NCBI GenBank assembly: GCA_002413395.1
Contig: DHWX01000125.1
Span: 7,676 to 71,675, forward strand
Direction of reading: 5' to 3'
Source: Polaromonas sp. UBA5171
Lineage (GTDB): Bacteria > Pseudomonadota > Gammaproteobacteria > Burkholderiales > Burkholderiaceae_C
DNA length: 64,000 nucleotides
Below are positions 1-7,248 of the stretch, in pieces. Below the pieces are notes generated by a model, which saw only the letters and a list, made by a program, of their open reading frames with translations, did no database searches and had not been told where the DNA came from. A program made the position numbers and the translations under genes. How positions within the stretch are numbered: the stretch's first letter is position 1; every line of letters begins with the position of its first letter.

Positions 1-663
1 TGGCGAACCGGAGGCGCTGTAGGAGTTGCCCACAAACACGACAAAATTTTTCTCGCAACCAGGAATAGCCGCATAGGGGGTGCCCGAGAGCCCGGTTTTG
101 CCCGCAAAAAAGGCCCAGGCCTCCTGCATCGTCGCCGCCGTTGCTTCGTTATTGGCCTTGATATACCCCGGACCGCTACCTCCGGAAGTTGTCCAGGAAG
201 CGATCCATGACAGAAAATCACTCTTGGTACTGGTGGTGAGCCCCGTCAGCGGATACACCAGACAGCCGCCATTAGCGCTGCCCCCATTGCCTGGACAGGC
301 GTGACCAGCGCGGGTGACCACGTTTCCGGCGTTATAGACCATCACGCCGATGTTGAGGCTAGCCGTGCTGGAGACGGGCAGCGAATTGATCACGGCGTAC
401 AAGGCACATTGCTCGATGCCGCCCACGGTGCCTGCCAATGTATTGTTCGCACCCTCACCGCCAATAGCGCAGGTTCCGGCGCTGGCGGGCGCCGCACTGG
501 AGCTGAAATCGGCCGCGTTGTCGAGCACCAGCAACAGATTGGGCGCGGCGCTGGTTGTGGTTCCGGCAAAAAGATCAATGTCTTCCGCGCGCGCCGTTTG
601 CGCGGTGAGTTGCACCAGGCACAGGCTGGCCAGCAGCAGGATCTTGAGGCAGTGGGTTTTCAT
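1..663 (-). CDS. pilY1: Type IV pilus protein PilY1, N-terminal part (gene continues past the window start)
   Basis: ATG at 663 (minus) opens a frame that stays open to position 1 (221 codons). It is absent from the ORF track because it has no stop in the window. My translation begins MKTHCLKILLLASLCLVQLTAQTARAEDIDLFAG..., a signal peptide followed by a vWA-like PilY1 N-domain. It follows pilX in the usual V-W-X-Y1 order. Confidence 0.75.
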   Translation of the reverse strand, partial: MKTHCLKILLLASLCLVQLTAQTARAEDIDLFAGTTTSAAPNLLLVLDNAADFSSSAAPASAGTCAIGGEGANNTLAGTVGGIEQCALYAVINSLPVSSTASLNIGVMVYNAGNVVTRAGHACPGNGGSANGGCLVYPLTGLTTSTKSDFLSWIASWTTSGGSGPGYIKANNEATAATMQEAWAFFAGKTGLSGTPYAAIPGCEKNFVVFVGNSYSASGSP

Positions 664-685
664 GGTGTGCTCCTGATGATTGTGC

Positions 686-1192
686 CTACGGACACAGGCT
701 CGCCTTGCGGTCGCTGTCGAGTTCCACGCGCACCCCTTGGCGCACATTGATGGACGCGCCACTGACGATATCGGTCACGGTGGCGTTGATGTCCCACAGC
801 GTGCTGTAGTTGGGCGTGCCACAGCCGCTGAACGGGAGCGTGACGCTGCTGCACGAGCCGGTCCCGCCGGCCACCTGCGTGGCTTGAATGCAGACCGGCT
901 GGGCAACGGCCACCGAGTAGTCGGCAACGCCATCGTTGTTGATATCCAGGGTAATGGTCTGGGCCGGGGGGATGGTCGTGAAACCGGTCTGGAAATTGAT
1001 GCCGACCACCTGCTCGATCGCCTTGTTGGCCGCCGCGATGGACTCATTGCGAAACTGCATATTGCCCACCGCCTTGAGGTTGGTGCCGCTCAGCGTAAAT
1101 GCCGTGGTGACCATCAGGGTGATCAGGACCAGCATGATGAGGCCGACAATCAGCGTGACACCTTTTTGCCGCTGCAGGGCGCTGGGTCTCAT
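686..1192 (-). CDS. pilX: Type IV pilus minor pilin PilX-like
   Basis: 168-aa ORF with the N-terminus RQKGVTLIVGLIMLVLITLMV (PilX_N-type hydrophobic segment). Its ATG overlaps the TGA of the pilW C-terminal frame (ATGA at 1189-1192). Confidence 0.8.
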   Translation of the reverse strand: MRPSALQRQKGVTLIVGLIMLVLITLMVTTAFTLSGTNLKAVGNMQFRNESIAAANKAIEQVVGINFQTGFTTIPPAQTITLDINNDGVADYSVAVAQPVCIQATQVAGGTGSCSSVTLPFSGCGTPNYSTLWDINATVTDIVSGASINVRQGVRVELDSDRKASLCP

Positions 1193-2437
1193 GGCGTTTC
1201 CCTCCGGCCGGAAATATTGGTCAGGCGCACCGTGGTCTCAAAAACGTGGCGTTTGTAGCCATCGTTGAAGGGCCCGAGCGTGGTGCTGCCAAGCGCGTAG
1301 GTTTTGCTGTCGGTCTGGCCGAGTGCCTTTTCGCTGCTGCGCGCCAGCACATAGAGCTTGGCCGACACGACATTGCGCAGTTGCGTCACATCGCAGCCGC
1401 CGCTGCCGCTGCAGCGCACATAAGCCTCGGGAAACACCGTCGCCACGGTTGGGCGGCAGCGTATTCTTGGCATAGTTGCCGACGTCCAACGCGCAGGTGA
1501 GCGGGTCGACACGCTGCACCGCAGTGGAACTGGCAGGCGTCGGTGGAATAACGGTGGCGGTGCTGTAGTCGACGTCGGTATTGCAGCGACTCTTGGCGTC
1601 AATCCCCAGCTCGACCCGGAAACCTTGAATCCCTTCAATCAGGGCCACGGGCGGGTCAAAGGGCGGCGTGTCGGCGGCGGTGGCATTGAAACTTGCCCGC
1701 ATCAGCGTGGGAATGCCATCGCCCGCCGTCACCGCATAGTTGCGAACATAGTAAACATTCGAGATGAACTTTCGCTTGTCGGCCACAGTGGTGCAATTTC
1801 TGTTGGTGAGTATGAAGCTGGCCGATGTATTACTCAACACGTAACGGTTGGCTGCGGTGGTTTCAGCTTCACAAAACGAGGACTGAAAATACACTTTGTT
1901 GTTATCCAGGGCTTCACAACTTCCTACCCCCGGCAAACAGGTTTCGGCATGGCGCGTCACCAGCACATCGGTGTTGGGCTGCTGGTTGGTCACAAACGCG
2001 CAGTTGGTGGGACTGGTGTCAAAGCTCTGCACCGGAATGCCTATCAACGCATATCGGTAACCGAGATTTGGGGTGATATCCCAGTTCGCATAAGCCAGGC
2101 AGGGGTCGGGCGTCATGGCAGGCGCATCACTGGGAACGGCCGTTGAGCTGAGGTCATCAAACTGGGGAACATAGCCACCCCAAAATCCGGCATGCTCGAT
2201 ATCCTCCTGCAGGATGTCGATGGCGAAACGCCCGTTTTCAATCAGGCTGTTGGTTTTGGCCATCTCGGTATTGGTGCGGTTGACGTTAAGAAACACCGCA
2301 ATCAGGGCGACCATGAGCAGGAGGCCCAGAGTGACCGCCACCATCAGCTCAACCAGCGTGAAGCCGCGCTGCGATCGCCGCGGCAGGGCCCCGCCGCGCG
2401 CGGACACTTTTTGAAGCAAGGCAGGAAAATGCGTCAT
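1189..2437 (-). pseudogene. pilW: Type IV pilus minor pilin PilW, disrupted by an apparent +1 frameshift (or an assembly error)
   Basis: The N-terminal frame starts at ATG 2437 with the prepilin methylation motif RGFTLVELMVAVTLGLLLM and runs into a nonsense tail ending at 1238. The PilW-like C-terminus (...FPEAYVRCSGSGGCDV...YKRHVFETTVRLTN) is in another frame ending at 1189, where its stop overlaps the pilX ATG. The span is 1249 nt (3n+1). The frame switch is near 1447-1456. Confidence 0.7.
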
Positions 2438-2442
2438 GTCGT

Positions 2443-3021
2443 TCAAACCAGGGGAGCTATGCGGACCACGGTGGTCACCGTGCGTCGGCACAGGTCATTG
2501 ACACAGGCCGAACCCGTGGCAGCGTTGTACAGGTTTTGCCCGCAGGTGACGCTGGCCGGAGGCGCCGACAGCGGCACCTGCCCCTGCCATGCGATGGTGA
2601 TCATGTATTCGCCATTGCCCAGGCCATCCACACAGCCGCGCCCGCCGACCACGGCACCCAGATTGCTGCCGCTGCTGGCAACTTCCGAAGCCCCCTGCAA
2701 TGCGCTGCACCACTCTCGATCATCGGTTTGCTGCAATGTGTCGGTGGAGCTTGCCGACGGGCATGTCATCCCCGCACCGACGGCGCTGGTGGTCACATAA
2801 GTGGCCGCTGCGCTTCGATTGGTGCTGATGCGGTTGGCCATGTCATTGAGCAGTTCTAGGGCCTGGGCACGCTGATAAGACTCCATCTCCGAGACCTGCA
2901 TGCGCGCCTGCAGGCCCGCCAGACCCAGCAGCCCAAAGGCGATGATCACGATGGTGACCAGCACCTCGATCATGCTGGAGCCGCGCTGACCGGAAACCTT
3001 TTGCAAGGTTCGCACTACCAT
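2443..3021 (-). CDS. pilV: Type IV pilus modification/minor pilin protein PilV
   Basis: 192-aa ORF with the N-terminal methylation motif QRGSSMIEVLVTIVIIAFGLLG. It lies between the pilE-like gene and pilW. Confidence 0.8.
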   Translation of the reverse strand: MVVRTLQKVSGQRGSSMIEVLVTIVIIAFGLLGLAGLQARMQVSEMESYQRAQALELLNDMANRISTNRSAAATYVTTSAVGAGMTCPSASSTDTLQQTDDREWCSALQGASEVASSGSNLGAVVGGRGCVDGLGNGEYMITIAWQGQVPLSAPPASVTCGQNLYNAATGSACVNDLCRRTVTTVVRIAPLV

Positions 3022-3413
3022 TTGCTGGTCGGAGTTTTCACCCCGTCGCTGTTTAACGTGAGGTCACCGTCGCTGGTCTGGCTGCCGATGGCTGTGAAGG
3101 TGATCAGGAATGAGGGGGCCGTGCTCGCACCCGTGCTGACGGCGATGTCGTAGCTGTACTTGGCGCTGACATCGGGGGGCAAGGCATAGCCACTGGTTTC
3201 AAGCACTGTTTTGGTGGCATAAGCGCGATTGGCCAATAAAAACTGCTGCTCGCGATTGGCGATATCCATCATCTGCGCCTTGGCGGCGGCGCGATTGGAC
3301 TTGATGATGTGGCTCATGTAAGACGGGTAAGCCACCGCCGCCAGAATGGCTACGATGGCCACCGTGATCATCAGCTCGATCAGCGTGAAACCGTGTTGCT
3401 TGCCTGTTCGCAT
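3015..3413 (-). CDS. pilE: Type IV pilin, PilE-like (prepilin N-terminal methylation domain)
   Basis: 132-aa ORF. KQHGFTLIELMITVAIVAILAAVAYPSY is followed by a KSNRAAAKAQM helix typical of PilE-type pilins. Confidence 0.75.
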   Translation of the reverse strand: MRTGKQHGFTLIELMITVAIVAILAAVAYPSYMSHIIKSNRAAAKAQMMDIANREQQFLLANRAYATKTVLETSGYALPPDVSAKYSYDIAVSTGASTAPSFLITFTAIGSQTSDGDLTLNSDGVKTPTSKW

Positions 3414-3596
3414 GTCATCGCCTCTTTTTGCTCAAATGAGTGAAACCTGATGTTAATGGAGATCAGGCGAACAATCGGCGTCCGCCCGACAACCGGTCAA
3501 TTTCAAGGAATGAATGGTGCCGGCTTGTGCCAAGCCGGCACCACCCCATGCGCATGGGATACTGGCTTCCTTGATCCACCTCCCCCCGCGTTAGCC

Positions 3597-4706
3597 ATGC
3601 CGAATCAATATCCGCCCGCCATGGAGCAGTCGCTGGACTGGGCGCGCCGCGCCCTGCTGCTTGCCCCGCCGAATCCACGGGTGGGGTGCGTGCTTGCGTC
3701 AGCGCAGGGCGTGGTCATCGGCATGGGCCACACCCAGCGCACGGGCGGGCCTCATGCCGAAATCATGGCGCTGCGAGACGCCGCCACCAGGGGCCACTCA
3801 GTCATTGGCGCTACCGCCTACGTCACCCTGGAGCCCTGCTCGCACCACGGGCGCACCGGCCCGTGCTGCGACGCATTGATTGCAGCCGGCATTCAAAAAG
3901 TCGTGGCCTCGATTGCCGACCCCAACCCGCGGGTGGCTGGACAAGGCTTTGAGCGCCTGCGCGCGGCCGGCATTGAGGTCGAGGTTGGCCCTGGCGCGGC
4001 CGAGTCGCGTGAACTCAATATCGGATTTTTCAGCCGCATGATCCGCCAGACGCCATGGGTGCGCATGAAAATGGCCGCTTCGCTGGATGGCACCAGCGCT
4101 TTGGCCAATGGCCAGAGCCAGTGGATCACCTCACCCGAGGCCCGCGCCGACGGCCACGCCTGGCGCGCGCGCGCCAGTGCCGTGCTGACGGGGATTGGCA
4201 CCCTGCTGCAAGACAACCCGCAGCTGGATGTTCGCCTGGTCGAGACACCCCGGCAGCCTTTTCGCATTGTTGTGGACAGTCGGCTCCAGACACCCCCCGA
4301 TGCCAATATTTTCAAGGCTGGCGGACCGGTCTGGATCTACACCGCGGCCCACGACGCTGTCAGGCAAGCCGCGCTGCTGGCCCGGGGCGCCACGGTGACC
4401 TGTTTGCCAGATGCCCATGGCAAAGTGGATCTGGCCGCCATGATGAAGGACCTGGCGCAGCGCGAGATCAACGAGCTGCATATCGAGGCCGGGAGCAAGC
4501 TCAATGGCTCGTTGATCCGCGCCGGACTGGTCGATGAATTTCTGGTTTACCTGGCGCCCAAGCTGCTCGGCCCGGGCCTGGGCATGGCTTCGTTCGGGCC
4601 GTTGCAGGCATTGTCCGAGGCCATCGCGCTGCAATTTCAGTCCACCGCAAGGGTGGGCGTTGATTTGCGCGTGGTGGCCCGCGTCAACGGGCGCGACCAG
4701 TTCTAA
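3597..4706 (+). CDS. ribD: Bifunctional diaminohydroxyphosphoribosylaminopyrimidine deaminase / 5-amino-6-(5-phosphoribosylamino)uracil reductase
   Basis: ORF 3450-4706. It has the deaminase zinc motifs HAEIMAL and PCSHHGRTGPCC, then a RibD_C reductase domain. ATG 3597 gives a typical 369 aa. The upstream part of the ORF is the divergent pilE/ribD spacer. Confidence 0.9.
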   Translation: MPNQYPPAMEQSLDWARRALLLAPPNPRVGCVLASAQGVVIGMGHTQRTGGPHAEIMALRDAATRGHSVIGATAYVTLEPCSHHGRTGPCCDALIAAGIQKVVASIADPNPRVAGQGFERLRAAGIEVEVGPGAAESRELNIGFFSRMIRQTPWVRMKMAASLDGTSALANGQSQWITSPEARADGHAWRARASAVLTGIGTLLQDNPQLDVRLVETPRQPFRIVVDSRLQTPPDANIFKAGGPVWIYTAAHDAVRQAALLARGATVTCLPDAHGKVDLAAMMKDLAQREINELHIEAGSKLNGSLIRAGLVDEFLVYLAPKLLGPGLGMASFGPLQALSEAIALQFQSTARVGVDLRVVARVNGRDQF

Positions 4707-4786
4707 ACGCGCTCGGCCAGCGGTCTTTTCATGCCCTTAATTGGCGTTGTCGGCGCGGCGCCTGGATTCCCTGCGAAAATACGGGA

Positions 4787-5419
4787 ATGTTTACCGGAAT
4801 TATTACCGGCTTGGGGCGCATCGTCGCCGTCCAAAGCCTGGGCAGCTCTTCAGACCATGGCAAGCGGCTGACTGTCAAAACACCTGCGGGTTTCCTTGAT
4901 GACGTGAGTTTGGGCGACAGCATTGCTCTTAACGGCGCCTGCATGACAGCCACGGCGCTGGACCACGCCCACAGCCAGTTTTCCATCGACGTCTCCGCTG
5001 AATCGCTGGCCAAAACCTGCGGCCTGGCCGAGCCCGGCGTGATCAACCTGGAAAAAGCCCTGCGCGCCCATGACCGTTTGGGCGGCCACATCGTGGCGGG
5101 TCATGTGGACGGAATTGGCAGCGTGACGCATTTTTCCCAGGTGGGCGAAAGCTGGGAATTGCGCCTGCTCGTTCCCCGGGAGCTGGGCAAGTACCTGGCC
5201 TATAAGGGCTCCATCGCGGTCAATGGCGTCAGCCTGACGGTGAACCGGGTCACCGATCTGGCCACTGACAGTGAAATCAGCATCAACCTGATACCCCATA
5301 CGGTACAAAACACGTCGCTCGGCCAGTTGGCTCCGGGCTCCCAGGTCAACCTTGAAATTGACCTGATCGCGCGTTATGTCGAGCGCATGCTTTCAACAGA
5401 AGTGGCTCCGTTTGTTTGA
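4787..5419 (+). CDS. ribE: Riboflavin synthase (alpha chain); the last ~9 codons are supplied by the inserted islet
   Basis: 210-aa ORF starting MFTGIITGLGRIV, with the two lumazine-binding repeats. The C-terminus ...ARYVERML-STEVAPFV diverges after the duplicated segment at 5369-5391. Confidence 0.9.
   Translation: MFTGIITGLGRIVAVQSLGSSSDHGKRLTVKTPAGFLDDVSLGDSIALNGACMTATALDHAHSQFSIDVSAESLAKTCGLAEPGVINLEKALRAHDRLGGHIVAGHVDGIGSVTHFSQVGESWELRLLVPRELGKYLAYKGSIAVNGVSLTVNRVTDLATDSEISINLIPHTVQNTSLGQLAPGSQVNLEIDLIARYVERMLSTEVAPFV
5369..5391 (+). repeat. Left direct repeat (ribE codons ...ARYVERML) bounding the inserted islet
   Basis: GCGCGTTATGTCGAGCGCATGCT at 5369-5391 recurs as GCGCGCTATGTCGAGCGCATGCT at 7189-7211. 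That is 22 of 23 identical, with a 17-nt perfect core TATGTCGAGCGCATGCT. Confidence 0.85.
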
Positions 5420-5448
5420 ACAACTTTCCCCGAATATAAGTGGACTGA

Positions 5449-5634
5449 GGGCGGGTTGCAAACGGTGCAGAGTTAGTGACTGCTGCGGGCTTAAAGCCTG
5501 GTGATTTTGTTCATGTCAGATTACTTGATAGCGGCGATATTCGGGTGCGTCCGTCCAAGGGAAGACAGTACGCCACAGCCGAGGCATCCAAGACGGCCTC
5601 AATGACTGATCCGACCAAAGTAGAGCAGTGGTAG
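5449..5634 (+). pseudogene. Possible remnant of an AbrB/MazE (SpoVT-AbrB fold) antitoxin gene, N-terminally truncated
   Basis: The open frame between TGA 5446 and TAG 5632 reads ...ELVTAAGLKPGDFVHVRLLDSGDIRVRPSKGR.... This resembles the second half of a SpoVT-AbrB domain (l.pGD.v.v....g.i.i.P). There is no ATG and no first half. Confidence 0.3.
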
Positions 5635-5713
5635 CGGATTACAGCCTGGACTCACGAAGCCTTCCATCAAGATATACCCGTGTCATCGGTGCATGATGAG
5701 TTGCACGTCCGAT

Positions 5714-5784
5714 CGAAATTTCGTATTATTCGTTTGTTTCGTTTTATACTGAATCGACATCTGAATCAATACTTGGAGGGCATC
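5714..5784 (+). promoter_or_regulatory. Putative promoter/operator of the HTH-PIN module
   Basis: A perfect palindrome CGAAATTTCG lies at 5714-5723. Three TTCGT repeats with a 9-nt period lie at 5720, 5729 and 5738. A TATACT -10-like hexamer is at 5745-5750. CTGAATC occurs twice (5749 and 5761). A GGAGGG ribosome-binding site lies 5 nt before ATG 5785. Confidence 0.35.
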
Positions 5785-6303
5785 ATGCCTACCGCTGCCA
5801 CATTGGGTAAAACACCTGCCCACCGCTACGACCCGCTGGGGCCTTTGGCTGATGCCATCGGTTCGATGACCGGAACCGTGTCCGAACAGGTTGCCAACGC
5901 CCTGCACCAGCTTCTTGAAGCCACCACTCCGCAAAGCCGAAGCGCCCGCTTGCAGTTGATTCGCCACTTGGTGGACATTGAGAGCCAATCGGTCGGTATC
6001 GAGCTGCCCAAGGCGGTTGCCGCCGCCAATGACCTGATCAGCACTGCGCAGGCCGCTGAGTTGTTGGGGTACAGCCGCCCCTACGTCGCCATGTTGATCG
6101 ACCAGAACAAGCTCAAGGGTGCCACTGTTTCCGCTGGTGGTCATCGGCGGGTTTCACGTGCCGCCGTGCTGGACTGGAAAGCCAAGCATCAAGTAACCGG
6201 CAAGGCCACTGACCTGCGTACTGAGGGGCAAAAAGCCGGGGTCTACAAAAGCACTGAAGCGGATGCGCTACGCCGCGTCAAAGCGCTTTCCAAGAATCGG
6301 TAA
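5785..6303 (+). CDS. Helix-turn-helix (excisionase/MerR-like HTH_17) protein, putative antitoxin partner of the PIN protein
   Basis: ORF 5680-6303. ATG 5785 is preferred because of the GGAGGG ribosome-binding site. The C-terminal half reads ISTAQAAELLGYSRPYVAMLIDQNKLKGATVSAGGHRRVSRAAVLDWK, the excisionase-family DNA-binding pattern. Confidence 0.65.
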   Translation: MPTAATLGKTPAHRYDPLGPLADAIGSMTGTVSEQVANALHQLLEATTPQSRSARLQLIRHLVDIESQSVGIELPKAVAAANDLISTAQAAELLGYSRPYVAMLIDQNKLKGATVSAGGHRRVSRAAVLDWKAKHQVTGKATDLRTEGQKAGVYKSTEADALRRVKALSKNR

Positions 6304-6312
6304 CGGTCAGTG

Positions 6313-6945
6313 ATGGACCGCCACCCACTCTCCCCCGGTGGCAACACCCTGGTTATTTTGGATACCTGCGTGCTGTTGCCATCGCGCCTGTCGGACGTGC
6401 TGTTTGACTTGATGCTCGAAGGCCTCTACTTTGCCTACTGGACGGGCGACGTTGAGGTTGAGTTCCTGCGCAACTGGCCGCAGGTACATCCCGACGCATC
6501 GAAGTCAGGTGCCAAGCGGCTCAAGGCATTTCAAAGGGCCACCAACCATGGGCACCTGATTACCGGGTATGACGACAACGCTTTCATGGCCCGTGTTCCG
6601 GCTCGGGTGCATGACAACGACCGGCACCTGATCACCGCCGCCTTGGTCATGTTCAACGGACTCGATGAAGAAGATGACCCGGCACGGCACAAGGTGATGA
6701 TCGTTTCCGACAACACCAAACATCTGGCCGTTGCCGACACCCGCAAGCTTGGTATCGAGGTCATCAAGGCCGGTGCGTTCGTTGACCGCCTGTTTGATGC
6801 CGCGCCAGCCAGAGCCAGTCAGGCAATTGCAAAGTCGCTCAGTGACCTGACAAAACCACCGTACACAGTAGCGGAACTGGTAGCCGCGCTGCGCCTTCAT
6901 GGCGCGAAAGCGACGGCGGACAGCTTGGCGCAATTCACCAAATGA
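6313..6945 (+). CDS. PIN-domain protein (putative ribonuclease toxin)
   Basis: 210-aa ORF starting 9 nt after the upstream stop (alternative GTG at 6310). PIN-like acidic positions are present: VILDTCVLL (first strand Asp), HDNDRHLITAAL, and MIVSDNTKHL. Confidence 0.65.
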   Translation: MDRHPLSPGGNTLVILDTCVLLPSRLSDVLFDLMLEGLYFAYWTGDVEVEFLRNWPQVHPDASKSGAKRLKAFQRATNHGHLITGYDDNAFMARVPARVHDNDRHLITAALVMFNGLDEEDDPARHKVMIVSDNTKHLAVADTRKLGIEVIKAGAFVDRLFDAAPARASQAIAKSLSDLTKPPYTVAELVAALRLHGAKATADSLAQFTK

Positions 6946-7185
6946 GTACAAGTCCAAAGCAGAATCAAGCCTTTCTGATTAGCGACAATGTTCGATTTTG
7001 GTTAGTTGAACGTAGCCTGGGGGAGACATCGCTTTTAGAGTAATTTTTGCTTAGGAAATCACCGGGCATGCGAAAATAGACAGTTAACGAGTAAAGACTC
7101 TTCACACCATTTATTTATGACGGTATTTCGTAGTACAGCCAACAGAAAGCCGCATGCCTATTTGCGTTTGACAAGATTCAACATA

Positions 7186-7248
7186 ATTGCGCGCTATGTC
7201 GAGCGCATGCTCAAAGATACCCCCCTACAACAACAGCTTAATCCATGA
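7186..7248 (+). other. Displaced native 3' end of ribE (...[20 protein letters not shown]), including the right direct repeat at 7189-7211
   Basis: The frame ATT GCG CGC TAT GTC GAG CGC ATG CTC AAA GAT ACC CCC CTA CAA CAA CAG CTT AAT CCA TGA ends in an ATGA overlap with the ribBA start at 7245. This is typical translational coupling for an uninterrupted ribE-ribBA junction. Confidence 0.7.

Larger units (their letters stand above)
5375..7211. mobile_element. ~1.8-kb inserted islet without an integrase in the 3' end of ribE. It carries an HTH/PIN module, an AbrB-like fragment and AT-rich non-coding DNA.
   Basis: It is bounded by the duplicated ribE segment. The repeat cores are 1820 bp apart. 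The displaced native ribE tail with an ATGA overlap to ribBA survives at 7186-7248. The spacers 5420-5784 and 6946-7188 are visibly AT-richer than the surrounding DNA. Confidence 0.65.

Noticed and set aside
3414-3596. FMN (RFN) riboswitch expected near riboflavin genes. I also checked 6946-7244 upstream of ribBA.
   Set aside because: I could not find the conserved RFN core segments (for example the GGGCAGGGTGAAATTCCC-like and CCGACGGT-like boxes) in either leader. Only an unrelated hairpin is present.
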